A stretch of 64,000 nt of DNA from Leucoraja erinacea (GCF_028641065.1 NC_073385.1:23312001-23376000), one strand, 5' to 3'; shown: positions 39,501-54,274, numbered from the stretch's first letter. The notes: generated by a model not told the origin, from the sequence alone. Translations and numbers: made by a program.

Positions 39501-40779
39501 CTAAAATAAAAATGGTATAATTAAATTAAGATATGTCAAGCACAATAGAATGCTTATATTCAATCAAGTTTAATATGGAAAGTATGGATAAAAAAATAAC
39601 ACTGGTATGGAACAAAGAAAATGTCTGGCTGGACATTTTCTTCCCACAACCAATTTGGTTTGCAATCAATTTCTTTGGTATCCTGAATAAAGTAAAGCAA
39701 GGAAACTGTGTAGTTCTAAACAGATGACAGCACTGGTTCATTGCTGGTTGATAGGTCAATCAATGCAGATTCAAAGTAAAAACCAACAAAAATGTGCACA
39801 TCAGATCTTAGAATGTGCAAGCCCATCATTATTCTTGAACCTAATGGAAGAACAACACTCAAAGTAATTGCATTTCATCAGGAAGGTTACTGTGCTCAGC
39901 TTCCTGGCATCAGTTGTGAAGCATCAGTCTTTGGTAGCTTCTTGAATTTAATCAAATTAATGGTTTCGAGAGAAACCTCTCAAGAATGAGAACTATAGAT
40001 CCATCAAGGTTTTTCGCTGTGCTAAATATTGTGTTTTGATATCTGTCTGCTTATAAAATAAGTAAACTAGTACATAATGTACAGAGAAAGATGGCTGCAC
40101 ACACACTCATGTTGGAATCAAAAACAGGAATGATTTATTTCCAAGTCAAAGGTCACTGACTGATTTATTGAGCATGTGCGAGAATGAGCATAGCTCATAT
40201 GCATAAATTACAGGGATATTGCCACATCCTTTCCTTTTTGACATTTTGGGATTACATTTCCGACAATCTCAAAACAAAGTAAACGTAAACACTTTTCATA
40301 ATATTACACCATAGTAATATGGTTTAACTTAACAGTTCTGTCTTATTTCACAATTTCAATCATAGTCACACTTGTGACATTTCAATAACATAAACTAATG
40401 TTCATATGCTTTCTTCACATAAGCAGGTAGGTCCATCACAGCAAAACACATTACTTCGTGACATACTTGCCGTACCTTTCCAGCGGTTTGACAGCTCTAC
40501 CTGCGCTAGTCTTTGTGATGGTGTTTCTTTCAGAAATGTCTTTCTTTTCAGTAGGTATATTCTGTGCATCAGTTTAATTTTCTTCTATTGTGTCACTTTG
40601 TTTTTGTTTTGATTTCTCTGGGTTAAGAGTTTCACGAGTTGCCTCTTTTTCCGGTGATGCATGTTGTGTTGATCTTTTCCATGTTAACTGAGGTTGCAAA
40701 AGTTTCTCAGTCTTCTCCACGTCTGGTGATTTCTCTGGAGTTATGTGTGGAGGTAGTTCTCCGGTCTTCTTCAGATCCC

Positions 40780-41188
40780 AGATTCAGATTCAATTTTAAT
40801 TGTCATTGTCAGTGTACAGTACAGAGACAACGAAATGCATTTAGCATCTCCCTTGAAGAGCGACATAGCAAACGATTTGAATAAAAAAAAAATAATAATA
40901 AGTGTCGGGGGGGGGGGGGGGGGGGGGGGGGGGGGATTAGCAGTCACCGAGGGTACGTTGTTTAGTAGAGTGACAGCGGCCGGAAAGAAGCTGTTCCTCG
41001 ACCTGCTGGTTCGGCAACGGAGAGACCTGTAGCGCCTCCCGGATGGTAGGAGGGTAAACAGTCCATGGTTGGGGTGAGAGCAGTCCTTGGCGATGCTGAG
41101 CGCCCTCCGCAGACAGCGCTTGCTTTGGACAGACTCAATGGAGGGGAGCGTGGAACCGGTGATGCGTTGGGCAATTTTCACCACCCTC
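40780..41188 (-). mobile_element. Rex/Babar LINE 3' fragment nested in Gypsy
   Basis: HPNHGLFTLLPSGRRYRSLRCRTSRSRNSFFP; gattca tail. Confidence 0.85.
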
Positions 41189-41868
41189 GCAGTCGGTTAC
41201 GTCGGATTAGAAGTCCTGACTATGTCTCGACTTTGTATGATCTCTCATCCAGTCGTCTCTGAACTGTTGCTCTGCCATCTGGTATCTCCTAGTTTGTAAG
41301 GTTTGAGTCTTACGACATCACCTTCTTCCAGGATTGGCAGATCCTTGGCATGTCGGTTGTAGATATTTGATTGTTTTCCTTGCAAATCCTTCATCTTTTT
41401 CCTCTCTTCTGTGAGTATCTCAGCACCACGTGGCTTGAGGAGGTTAGATGTCGTCCTTGTTATCGTTCCATGTAGTCTTTGTGCAGGATTACTGTTCAAT
41501 CCTTGCGCAGGGGTATTGCAGGTATCGCTTAGCTGCCTTAACTGCCAATTCCATATTTCCATTAGCTTGGCTATGTCTTGGAGAAATTGTGTAGTGGTCA
41601 AATGCCCATTTCCTGGCAAATTTGGTGAGCTCCTCTGATGGGAACTGTGTCCCGTTGTCACTTACCACAGCGCTGGGAATTCCGTATCTTGCAAAGTGGT
41701 TCTTGAGTTTCACAATGATTGTCCTGCTGGTCAGGTCGTACAGTCTGTCTATCTCCCAGAAATTAGATAGATAGTCCACTGTGATTAAATAGTGCTTTCC
41801 CTCAAGTTCAAACATATTGGTTCCATTTTCTCCCGATCTAGGAAGTCATGGGGCATCAGAGTTTCTTT

Positions 41869-41963
41869 CTGAAGAAGGGTTTCTGCCTGAAACATTGCCG
41901 ATTTCCTTAGCTCCATAGTTGCTGCCTCACCCGCTGAGTTTCTCCAGCATTGTTGTCTACCTT
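41869..41963 (+). mobile_element. Penelope-like terminal remnant nested in Gypsy integrase
   Basis: TSD agagtttctttctga (41858-41872 and 41964-41978); begins at CTGAAGA. Confidence 0.78.
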
Positions 41964-44900
41964 AGAGTTTCTTTCTGATTCTGTTGTTCATACATGCTGC
42001 AGGCTTCACAGTTTGAAATGAACTGTTTCACATCACAGTTCATTCCAGGCCAGAAAATGCATTCTCTAACACGTATGAGGGTTCCTTTTACTCCAAGGTG
42101 AGAGGTGTGGAGTGTCTCCTTCATATCCCTACGTAGAGTGACAGGGATTACAACTCTGTCACCTCTGAATACTAGGCCGTCTTGCACACTCAATTCATCT
42201 CTGATGTTGAAGTACGGTTGTGCTGCCTCTGGAACTTCTGCCATCTGGCCATCCATTTTGGATTACTCTCTTAACTGTTTGGAGTGTTTCGTCTTCCCTG
42301 ATGTGGGCTTGGATGCGTTTGACCTTGTCCTCCCATGCTCAAGGACTCAACTACGTTGACATCAGTGAATCTGGTTGATCCTGTGGTGTCAGGGAGGTAT
42401 GCCCGGGAGAGCATATCTTTTCCCTTTACCCACTTGATCTCGATATCATAGTGTAGCATCCTCACCATCATGCCCTGGAGACGTCTTGGTGCTCTATGCA
42501 GAGGCTTTTTGACTATGACTTCCAATGGTGGTCACTCTCAATGATCATTCTCTGTCCGCAGGTGTACTGATGGAAGCGCTCGAGGGCAAACACTATTGCT
42601 AGTGCCTCCTTTTCAATCTGCGTATATCTCTGCTCGGTTGGCGTCAATGCACGACTCACATAGGACAGTGGTTGTCCCTTCTGCATAAGTGTTGCACCTA
42701 GACCTGCCTTGTTTGCATCATATTTTATGGTCAGCTGTTCGTCTAGTGTGTAGTATGCCAGGATAGGTGCCATTGTCAACGGCTCCTTGATCTTTGACAT
42801 TGCCGTGTCGTGTTCTGATGACCATTCCCACTCTGATTCTTTGTGGGTCAATCTCCTCAAATCTCCTCCTCGATTGTGTCCGACAACCTTGGCAGGAATC
42901 TTGCCAAGTAGTTTACACTGCCTTGTAATCTTTGGATTTCTGTTGGATGGTAGGGTTGAGCATCTCTAGGATAGCTTGGATCTTCTTCGGATCCAGTTTC
43001 AGTCCACAATCTGTAATTATATGTCCTAGAAATGTGATACGCGTAGTTTTCACTACCGACTTCTTCCGGTTCAGCTTGATGCTTCAAGGGCTTGTTGCAG
43101 CTTCTTCTAGAAGATCTGTGGACTTACTTTCAGTCCAAATGGGAACCTCTTCCAGCAATATCTCCCAAAAGGGGTGTTCATAGTTTTTAGGAAACTGCTC
43201 TCCTCGTCTAGTTCGTAGTGGAGATATCCTGACTTCAGGTCAAATTTGGTGAAAATCTTCGCCTTGGACAGCTCTGGGAGTACATCCTCTATGACTGGTA
43301 GTCTGTGGATCTCCCTTTTCAGGACTTTGTTGAGGGTTCTAGGATCTATGCAGAACCTCAAATCTGTGCTGTCCTTTTTTTCCGTAACGACCAGCCTGCT
43401 ACACCATTCACTTGGTTCTTCAACTTAACAAGATGTCCTGCTCGACCAGCTTCATGAGGCCATTCATGACGATCTCTTTCATGGCTACAGGTACCGGCTT
43501 TGCCGAACACTGTGGTGAGGTCACATCCTCCGTCCTAGTTACCAACTTGACCTTGCCAGGCAGTCTCCCAGGTCTTTTGTCGTCAAAGACATCTTTGTGT
43601 CTCTTGAGTAATGAGTCAGCCTCCCTAACTGCATTCAGGCTCTTGAAGTTCTCGTAGTGAACCATGATGAGTTTCATCCGTTGCACAGCTTTGCCACTCA
43701 GGAGCGGTGTGAGCCAGCCTTCCTGCTCCACTATGAAGTGAACCCGGTACTTCTTGTTGTTCGTCTTGTACGACTTTCGCCCAACCTTCCGCCAGCAGGT
43801 TGGATCCGTTGTACATCTTTAAGGTGTTTTTCTCTCGTCTAATGTCCTCTTTGTTGGTTACAAGATGCTTGGGAATCACATTAACACTGGCACCCAAGTC
43901 AATCTGAAACTTGATGGCTGCTGTGCCGACCTGCATCTCAGCCAACAGGCCTGAAGAGGAACTGTTTCCGGCTGCATTGATCTCAATGCAACTCACAGAC
44001 TCTGTGTTGGAAATGGACGTTGGGTCAGATGTCTCTATGACTTTGTGCAGACCCCGTTTCTGCATGCTCTCTTTCCTCTGCTGGCGGCAGCAGCAGGCAA
44101 AGTGGTTTTGTCGTCTGCATCTGTTGCAGTTCTTCCCAAACGCTGGGCATTCCTCCTTACTGCGCTTGTGCGTCCTTGCACAGAACTTGCACTTTACTAG
44201 TCCCTGATTCTTCGTCTGAGAAGGAAAATCAAACATCTCTTCCCTTGGTTTGAATCGTTCCACCTTGTGTATTGTAGGATCTTCGCTGATGACATGCATT
44301 CTTGCCGCTGTTACCTCTGAGGATCTACATATGTCCAATCCTCTGCAGCATCAGAATCCTCTTTTGAAGGAGTGTCTTCCTAGTTGACCGTTCTGCAATA
44401 CCAATGAGATGCGATCTCGAATGAAGCTTTATCTCAGGCACTCACAGAAGTTGCATGTTTTAGCAAGCTCCTTCAGCTCTGCAATATGCTTTCCCCTGAT
44501 TTCTGGTCTCGTTTATTGAAAACAAATCTTTCATAGGTTTAATTCGTCTCTCCTATGATGATCAAAATGCAATTTCATTTAAACTGGAGACAGTTTGAAT
44601 GACATTAAAGGCTACTTTATACTTTATGATGGTAGACATCTTGTTGATGATGACTTTCAAATCTGTCTCATCTGCTTCTCGAACTTCAGGATAGTGTAGA
44701 TTTGCACAGCCTCCAGTCCAACAGTATGCAGGAATACTGCTTTTTAATACTGTTTCTCCTTCTTATCCAGTTCTGTTATCACTGCATAATTTTCATTCAT
44801 TTGTTTAAACATTTTTCACTCTCCCACCCTGTTCTCTTTGAGCTTTAGATTGGGTGGCGGAGCCACGTGAAAAGATGGACGGGTCTGCGCCATTTTGAAA

Positions 44901-45989
44901 TATCAGCGTATTCCCTCGCTCTTACTAGCTTATTTAATCTTTAATCAGTCTCACAGCACGTCGTTTTAAACTTTGACTCCCACAACGCTGATTTACATGC
45001 AGCGTCTTGTCTTTGTGTGTTCACTGACCTGCATTCATTCATGCATGCAGCTAGTCCTGTCGCTGAGCTTTGAAACATTGAATCTTGAAAGCTTTTCAAA
45101 GCATTTTTTCTAATCATCATAGCGTCTATTTGATTCACAAATGTTCACTTTCACCGCTGCCACCATGTTTTGATATCTGCCTGCTTATAAAATCAGTAAA
45201 CTAGTACATAATGTACAAAGAAAGATGGCTACACACACACTCATGTTGGAATCTAAAACAGGAGTGATTTATTTCCAAGTCAAAGGTTTAAAAAAATCAA
45301 GACTGATTTACTGAGCATGTGCGAGAATGAGCACAGTTCATATGCATAAATTACAGGGATATTGTCACATAATGGCACCCTTAGGCAATGCTTCCTGTCC
45401 AGGTGGATCTGGAAGGGTTGTCCTGGACAGCCTCAGAAGGAGATTTATGGTTCAATATGACTTGCTGCATGCATTACAATATAACACTATGAGGGAGCAA
45501 TGCAATTTCCTGAGGAGGAAGAGGTGCACCAGCCATGAGAAGTGGATCAAACAGTAGAGTATGTCTGTCCCGTGGAGTGAGTATTGAAAGGCAACAAATT
45601 ATTGAGGATTTATTTGATCAATCTTCCAATCTTTAATTGAAAATAAGTTATCTTTCTCCCCTGAAATCAGCAAGGAATCAGACAGATGATGCAGGAGGGA
45701 GGCTGTTAGACTTCTGAGACACTGGAATGATTTCTGGAGCAGTTGTACCATGTGTAAAACAGTATAAATTAGACACTGGTTTGACGTCCTTGCAGGGGAG
45801 TTGCAGTGGGGATGGTAGTGATGTTGGGAGGGTGTAAACCATCTTGGCAGAGGAGTGGAAACCTTAAGGAGAGCTCAGCATTGAGAAAAACAAAGCAGGA
45901 ATTGGAAGTTAGAAAACTAGTAAGTGAAATAGCAGAAACAAAGACAAGCAACAAATCGAGACAAAGTATGAGAAAATATTAAAATAGAA

Positions 45990-46430
45990 CAAAGAACTGT
46001 GCAGCACAGGAATAAGACTTTCAGCCACAATGTCTGTGCCAAACACAATGCCAAGTTATACTTTTGTGGCTGTATGTGATCTATATCCCTCCATTACATG
46101 CATATTTATGTATAAATCTAAAGGCCTCTTAAACATCACTATTGTATCTGCCTCCTCCACCACCCCTGGAAAAAAACTTGTTCCACTCATATTCTTTAAA
46201 CTTCCCTCTCTGATCTCTAGTCTTTGACATTTGCACTGGGGGAAAAAAGGTGCTGCCCCAATCCATGTATTTCATAATTTTATATACTTCGATACTCCCC
46301 ATAACTCCAATCCTAGTCACAATCCAAGTTTATCCAACCTCACCTTAGAGGTGATAGCCTCTATTCTAGGTAGAATTCTTGTAAACCTCTTTTGCACCCT
46401 CTCCTCAGCCTCTACCAGAATACTCCAAAT
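45990..46430 (-). mobile_element. Old CR1 3' fragment
   Basis: Degenerate CR1 C-terminal and tail sequence. Confidence 0.7.
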
Positions 46431-46439
46431 AAGGCTCGA

Positions 46440-47898
46440 CTGCAGTCCATCTGTCTTTTTTTTCCATTTTTGTCTTGTTAAATGTATGTCTCTAAGGCTA
46501 GTTTTTATTTTCTTTCTTTAGCTGTGTATATGAGGGGGGGGGGGTTCCTGCCCGGTGGACAGGAACATCGGGAGCTCGCAGGTGGGAGACCACTTTTGGT
46601 GGGAGACCGCTTTTCGGAGCTCCCGCAACAGAAACTTCCCCCACTGCAATCGCGGGGTTTAAAGGACTCGGAGCGGGGACTAACATCGCCCGACGTGGCT
46701 TAAACGGCCACGGGACTTACCATCACCTGCCGGGGGCTTTAACATCGGGAGCGCTGCAATGGCAGCAGCCTGTCAGCAGCGCGTTAGTTTTTTCAACTTT
46801 TTTTTTATTTTTTTAGTATGTTTTAAAGTATGTTTTTGATGTTTCTCGGTATGTTTTGTGTGGGGGGTGGTGTGGGGGGGTAAGGGGGAAACCGTTTTGG
46901 TCGCCTCCTCCAAGGAGGGGCGACTTTTTCCAGGTCGCCTCCACCGTGGCCTAACAGCAAGGATCGGCGCGGCCTTTCCCGGAGACGCGCCCGGGGCTTC
47001 AACGGCGGGCGCAGCGTGGACTCTCAGCGTGGAGCGGGTGAGCCCTCGCTGGGGCTCTCTGGAGGGGAGCGCTCCATTTCGCTGGCCCGGGGCAGCCGGC
47101 AGCCTGAAGCCGCGGTCTGCACAGCTCCAGCTGGCGCGGCATCTACAGCGTCTACAGTTCCCTTGTGGGGGACCCGGGGGAAGAAGAAGCCATCACTGCC
47201 GGCCCGCGGCCAACTTCTACCGCGGGTCCAGCATGGACTTACCATCACCCCTGGAGGGGAGCTTCGACCACCGGCCCTGGTCTGCGGTGCTTCTGGCTGC
47301 GGCGCGGCGGGACCCTTAAATCTTCAACCACCGGCCTGCGGCCTACACCAGCCTGAAGCCGCGGTCTCTGGTGGGGAAGAGCTGATCCTGGACTTACCTT
47401 GCCTTTGACTTTGTCCCTTACCATCTGGATGCCCGCAGCAATGGCTGCGGAGGGTGGAGGTCTCGACCACTGGGGAAAATGGAGGAGGTCTGGCCAAGTT
47501 CTGTGCCTTCCACCACAGCGATGAATGCTGTGGTGGATGTTTGTGTTATATTTTTTATTGTGGTTGTGTGTTCTTTATTATTGTACCGCTGCTGACAACC
47601 CAAAATTCCACCGACCCTGGTTGTGTGGCAATAAATTCTATCAATCAATCAATCAATCAAGCCCCAGTTCGCCTCGATGTTGCAGTTCGACTGCTGGACC
47701 GCCGGAGAAGAACAAAGGAAAGAGATAAGACTTTTGCCTTCCATCACAGTGAGGAGGTGTTGGAGATTCACTGTGATGGATGTTTGTGTAAACTGTGTTA
47801 AGTGTGGGTCTTGTTTTTTTTTGTAATGTAAGACTGTAGAAAATGCAATTTTGTTTAAACCAAGCTGTTTCAATGACAATAAAACGCATTCTATTCTA
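46440..47898 (+). mobile_element. Nested GC-rich non-autonomous retroposons with simple-repeat tails
   Basis: Two AATAAA + microsatellite tails (tcaa at about 47640; ttcta at about 47890); shared gccttccatcacag...tggatgtttgtgt block. Confidence 0.55.
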
Positions 47899-48299
47899 TC
47901 CCCACTACATGTTCTTGTGCAGCCATAGACACATCTTCACACCAAAACACTCTCCATCATGTGTTATGATATTACAAATGTGCCAACTGGGATAGATTAT
48001 GAACAACTGAACCTGGCAGAACAAAATCGAGCATTCATGAGACATTGTGAACCAACAGAGACTGTAGAAATGCGCACCATCAGTACATGTAAACATATGA
48101 CCCAGCATAACCTTCCATCTACCATTACTTTCAAACCAGGGGACCAAACCTGAATCAATGAGAGGGGAATGCCAGGAGCAACACGAGGCATTCCTAAAGT
48201 TGGTAATGTACCAGCCAAGTGAAGCTGAAAAACTGGATTGCATGTGTGCATATAGATATTCAAGATCAATAGCAAGAATATTTATTTGTCATATATGTC

Positions 48300-48786
48300 A
48301 CCTAAGGTTTGTTGTGCTGTGACTTGGGTCGGTGCCACGGAGTCATCCAGAGAGGACCTGGCAGCGTTAGTGGAGAAGTTGGTGAGGCTGTCGACAATGG
48401 CGCCGATCGACGGACGAGGACGGACAAGTGGAAGTAAGGACGTCGCTGCCGAGGGAAGGAACAAAGGAGGACTCAGTGTGGGGGGGGGGTTGGTGGTTGA
48501 ACAATGGCCAATGGGGACCCGGCATGGGGGGGACCGCCATGAGGAACAATGAACAAAGGACAATCCGGCGTGGGGGGACCGCCATGTGGGAGGGGGACGA
48601 ACAATGGACAATGGACCGCCGTGAGGGAAGGGGTGGAGGGGAAGAACAAAGGGGGAACTGGCGCAGGGGGATGGGAGGGGATTTGTAACTTTGTAAGCGA
48701 CTATTTGCATACCTTGGCATGGTATGCACGCAAAGAATTTCACTGTGACTGTGACAGTAAAGTATTCAATTCAATTCAATCAATCA
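48300..48786 (+). mobile_element. Non-autonomous retroposon with Rex/Babar-like tail
   Basis: aaagaatttcactgtgac...taaagt followed by (attca)n tail. Confidence 0.55.
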
Positions 48787-49539
48787 AACCACATAGATTG
48801 AGAGGCTTTTTTTCACCTGTGACTGGTGACTCCACAGAAGAAAAAAAACTGCTCTGTTACTAGTTACTAAATCCCAATATAACAGAAATATGTATTTTAA
48901 TTCACTTGTACACCATTTAAAATTAGAGGTTTACGGATCTATGTGCAAATATCTTTGTATGTGCCAGAAATAGCAGGGTTCAACATTTGTGAGATATTGT
49001 AACCATATTTCGTCACTACATGTAAAGAAGAAAGTGAATGTTTTGCAGAGGGTGTGGAACATACTCAGGAGATTGCTTCCAGAGCTTAAATAATACTGTC
49101 TGAGGGAGAGACAGAAGACGCAAAGGTGTTGGCCTCAGAGCAAAGATGACTAAGGGGAAATTAGTTGAATGTTTAAAAATATCAGGAATTAAGTTAGGAT
49201 AATTGAAGGAAAATTGTTTTCAAAAGCTTAAAAACAAAAATATTGATTCACATGATTGTCAAGCGTGACATGAGGAATAAAACATTTGAGATGAAATCAT
49301 TCAGTTCCCAAAAAGTAAATGGATAAAAAAATAGCAAGAACCTGGGGAAAACATGGGAATTGATATAAGCACAATAGGCTGATGATCTCCAATTGGGCTG
49401 CACCATTCTATGATTCAACGTTAGTAGACTCCAGTATACCATATTTAAATAAAATAACTAATTATTTTTATGAAAACAGTACTAGGAAATACAGCAAGAA
49501 AGAACAAAAACAAAATGCCATTACACCAGTCTCTTTTAC

Positions 49540-49672
49540 CATATCTGAAAGGTACCGGATCAAGAAAATTTGTATTCCAGGCATTTGCTTGTTGTTGCAG
49601 GTATTCTATTCTGGGTTGTTCACATAAGCTGATACTGTTGCAGAGAGGAACTGCCTCATCACGTCCTAGAAA
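49540..49672 (-). CDS. LRRC9: LRRC9 coding exon, FLGRDEAVPLCNSISLCEQPRIEYLQQQ...PFRYG
   Basis: cag acceptor, G|gtaaaa donor, 133 nt, phase 0 to 1. Confidence 0.92.
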
Positions 49673-50605
49673 CTGTGAAGATATACAAAGATATATTCAC
49701 TAATTATATTTATCATGTGGAATATTCGTAGTTCCTTTTACCATTAATGATGACCTATTTTTGAGAGGCAACTGCATAAAATCTATACACTTTTCAAAAA
49801 AGAATAACATTATTAATGTTAAAAAATATATTTGCATAAAAACAAATCTCATAACAACAGATGAATTACATCTCTAAAATTGGTAGACTCTTAAATTGGT
49901 AATAACTCCAGACTACTCAAAATAATTAAGGATGCTAACGGCAATGTACAAAGCACGTTGCAAAACAGTACCAAAATCTCTGAAAACTCAATGGGTATTT
50001 GAGGGAAACTTAAAATCTCACTTCCTCAATGGCATCTTAACCTGGGAAAGTACAAATAGTTAGATCATCAAATATCAAACTTAAAAATCAATTATATATT
50101 TTTGACAATGATCTACTGTGATATTTTCAATCACAATTTATAAATGGTTAAAAATTGTATCACTCAAGACAATAACCCAGATTCATATGTAAATAATAGT
50201 CCAACATCAAATTCTGCAACAGGACCTGACAGTGATTTAATTTAATTTTTAATAAAATACTCTCTGGGATGTCTTTGGACCGCAATTAGTACTTGTACTT
50301 AAAGGATTTTCATGTATAAAGTCCGAGATTAGATATTGAAAATATATCCAAGATGTCATGAAGCAAACAAATTTAATCAAATAAATATAGGCAAGTCACA
50401 GAGAACAATGAACACCTTGTTACGGGAGGGCCACCTTGTACTTGTTTAAAGAAATACATTATTTATTTGAGATATTGATTTTATAGAGTAGATGTGACAA
50501 AGCAGTTTCCTCCACTGTGTGTGTTGCTAGGAGGCATAGTCACAGGATAAGACCTTGAGTGTTTTGATCAGAGATTATAGCAAATTTCTTTATACATAGT
50601 TGTTA

Positions 50606-50785
50606 ATAGAAACATAGAAAATATGTGCAGGAGTAGGCCATTCGGCCCTTCGAGCCTGTACGTCCATTCAATATAATCATGGCTGATCATCCATCTCAGT
50701 ATCCTGTACCTGCCTTCTCTCCATACCCCTGATCCATTTAGCCACAAGGGCCACATCTAAATATAGCCAATAAACTGGCCTCAAT
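50606..50785 (-). mobile_element. CR1 3' tail
   Basis: Matches the tails of other copies. Confidence 0.85.
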
Positions 50786-51716
50786 GCTAGTCAGGTGTAC
50801 GGATTATCAAGTATTGAGTATATTGAAGGGTGAAATTATCTGATTTTTGGACATGAGAATAAAATGATAATATTTTATGATAAAATGATAAATATTTAGA
50901 TTTATAAATTTGGATTATAATGTTTATGCTGTGTTGCTTTTGTTTTGACACTGTGATAGAGGTGGGACTGTTCGTTGGAAGGTCATAGTTAATTAATGGG
51001 GAACTGGGCCTGCTCATCATAATGTTAGGATTAAGACATGAACCCTTAAGATTGGGATATCTGAAATTCATCTGTCAAGTATTACAGAAACCCTCCAAAG
51101 TAGTCATTGCAGTAAAATCTTTTATTTGAACATTCCGTTGATCAGTTCTATCACATTTTGTATGGCAGCATGACATTGCCCAATGTTGCCTGAACATTGC
51201 CTATATGTGCCTATGGTGCAAAGTTGTGAGAGCAAAGTCCTTGATCTAATCACATGCTCTTTGGTATATTAAGGGTCCCATTTCCCGCATGAAAATGGTG
51301 ACATCATTACTGCTAAGATGTCAGGCTTGATGTGGAATGCACGATTATACAGCGGCTGAGAGTAACATTATTGTGTTATCACCTCTAACTGTTTATACAA
51401 CATCGCCTCTAACTGTTTACATCTCCACATTAATATGTGATGTCCGACAAGAAACATGCATGCACTCAAAGGGACTTTACACCAAGCAATTATCATGAGA
51501 CTATTCATTCACTATTTTCAGCAGAGAAAGAATGATATATACCCAGCTCTCTTGGACTGCATTATCTATTGGCACATAATGCAGCGGTGCATGTATTGAT
51601 AAAATTAGCTGAAGATACTCAACAGATCTGGAAGCATTTGCAGAGAGAGATGTAAAGTTAATGGTTGAAAATGGAATATTTCATGTTTGAGTTTAATTTA
51701 CTGAAATGTTACATAC

Positions 51717-51834
51717 CTTATATGCTTCTGCTTCTTTGAAGCCATCTTCAAGAATACATAGGATTTCATTCTTTCTACTGGATATTTCTGGATCAAATAT
51801 ATAAAAAAGGTATTCCAGCATCTTTTTGTAGTTT
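51717..51834 (-). CDS. LRRC9: LRRC9 coding exon, NYKKMLEYLFYIFDPEISSRKNEILCILEDGFKEAEAYK
   Basis: tag acceptor, AAG|gtatgt donor, 118 nt, phase 2 to 0. Confidence 0.93.
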
Positions 51835-52150
51835 CTAAGGACAGAAATTATGGATTACAGGGCAGTATGATGTAACTGATATAAACACAATAATTCTGCA
51901 CTAGACATGATTAACACCAAGAGAACCTATGCCAAACAGTGTTACACTGTTACCTGACAATCACTAAGCTAGTATTTTAGCAATGTTTTAATGATATGAG
52001 CTTCTGCCTGGAAGTCAAAAGAATTGTAGGTATTTAAAAAAAATCTTTGTGAAGCTCTCCTCCTCTTCAGCGGGTACCATTTTCACAACATATCTAAAGA
52101 CTTCCGGCAATAAATTAACAATGTAAAAGAGGAAAAGGGATTACTCAAGT

Positions 52151-53098
52151 AGGAGGAGCCATCTTGGGGAGCAGCCGTCCGTTTTAATTCGCTTTTTTTT
52201 TAAAGTTTTTAGTGAGTCCTGTTTAGTGATGTTTGGAGACATGGACTTTTTAATGGGGGGGGGGGGTTGGGGTCAATTTTACTTCTAGGTCCCTACCTGG
52301 TCGGTGAGGCAGCTTTTTCTCCGGGCTGCCTGTCGACCCGTCCTTGTGGCCTACCAGCGGGCTTGGAACGCCGTTTCCTGGCGGGGACCGCCCAGCACCT
52401 CGGCCTCAGTGGCGGCACAGCGCTGGAGCGCTATCGTGGAGCGGAGCGGGCGATGCCTTGCCTGGGTCGCCGCGCTGGTTCGACGTGCTGGAGCTCCGGT
52501 GAGCTGTGAGCGCCGTGTTCAACGCCTCCGGGCTGCGGAGCGGAACGGGCGACGCCGATTTCAACATCGGGAGCATGGGAGCTCCAAACCGGCGCGGCCT
52601 TGTCGGCTTCGGAAGCCGCGGTCTCCAGCTAGAAAGTGGCCATTCCAGGTGGCCCAGCCGCTGAGAGGACTCTCCCGATGCCGGGACAACACTACCCGGT
52701 GAGAACGGCGAGGCAATTGCGATAGCCTCAATAGGCCTGACTTTGGGGTGGACTTGGGGTTGGGGACTAGACATTGTGCCTTCCCCCACAGTGGTATCCA
52801 TTGTTGGGGGGATGATTTTTTGTCTGTAATGGTAATCCTGTTAGTCTTTGTCCAAGATGGCTGCCGTGAAGGGAGAGTGGACGCTGGCGCCCTTTAGCTG
52901 CCGCTGCTCTCTCTTCACATTGTGTTTTTGATTTTTTGTTTTTGGACTGAATTCTGTTTTTAATTTGTGTTTCTGTGATGTCTTTAATATTTATTTTATT
53001 CTGATTATATGTTTATATTCCTGTTAATCTATGTAAGGTGTCCTTGAGATGTCTGAAAGGCGCCCAATAAATAAAATTTATTATTATTATTATTATTA
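52151..53098 (+). mobile_element. Non-autonomous GC-rich retroposon with L2-like (ATT)n tail (second copy)
   Basis: Colinear with 37466-38438. Confidence 0.8.
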
Positions 53099-53802
53099 CA
53101 AAAGAAAAAGTGATTAAAAACTAGAATGGGGCAGAGAGTAGTTAAGATAGCACACCAGCAGTTTATCTTCAGCGAAGACTGGTGTGGAGAAAGAAGATCT
53201 AATTCCATTAAAAGATGTTACTTGTTATGTTCTTAAGAAATATTTGGTATCATAATTCTACCAAATTAGAGCATCAACCTTTAATTGCTTGTAAGAACAA
53301 CTATAAAATAGGCAAAGGTAGATATTTAATTTATGATTATTATTTGTTGATCAAAATGTGTAGTGTGCAGTCTTGCTTGGCCATGTTACAAAATTACTTG
53401 ATCATCTGTACAAATATTTAAGAGAAATGGGAGCACAAAAATGTTACTATGTAAATGTAATTTCCTTCTTTCAGTCGAGTCAACAGTGTTTAATTGTCAC
53501 ATGTACCGAAAGGAAACAATGAAATTCTTACTTGCGCCAGCACAACAGGTTTGTAGTACAGGTACTCAATAAACAAACTACAAACAATGTCAATAAATTT
53601 TAAAAAACACAATATAGTGCAAAACAACAAAAGCCGTTAGTTGCTCGTGCAACGAAGATATATAGTCGTTCGAAGTTTAGTTGGTTTAAACTATTATATT
53701 GTAATTTGTTGCACTGTTCGAAAGTAAAAGGACTTCTCAAAATCAACTGTGTTCCTTTAAAGTAAACAGGATTCAGAAAAGTACCAACATTCAAGTAACT
53801 TA

Positions 53803-54006
<204 letters not shown>

Positions 54007-54274
54007 TTAATTTATATCTAAATTTCTCGAATGAATTATAGATCATGTTTTCTCATGCAAGCAAAAGTATTGTAAATACTTTTTGAACTATGCAACCCTA
54101 AACCATGGTATGCAGAAACATTTAACATCTAATTTTTAAGTGTTGGTAAATATTTTTTTTTGAAAAACTAGAAAAAGTGTAATTCTTCTTTTCTCTAATA
54201 ATAATAAGCATCATGCCTGAATAACCCTGCACCAAATATATATGTGCACATCTACATCACAAACCCTGCTTCGA

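Larger units (their letters stand above)
40032..45369 (-). mobile_element. Decayed Ty3/Gypsy LTR retrotransposon with both LTRs
   Basis: LTRs 40032-40226 and 45166-45369 (TG...CA); PBS 45152-45165; PPT 40227-40239; flanks tattg/taatg; gag zinc knuckle, PR FQIDLGAS, partly deleted RT, RNase H, integrase SDNGTQF. Confidence 0.94.
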
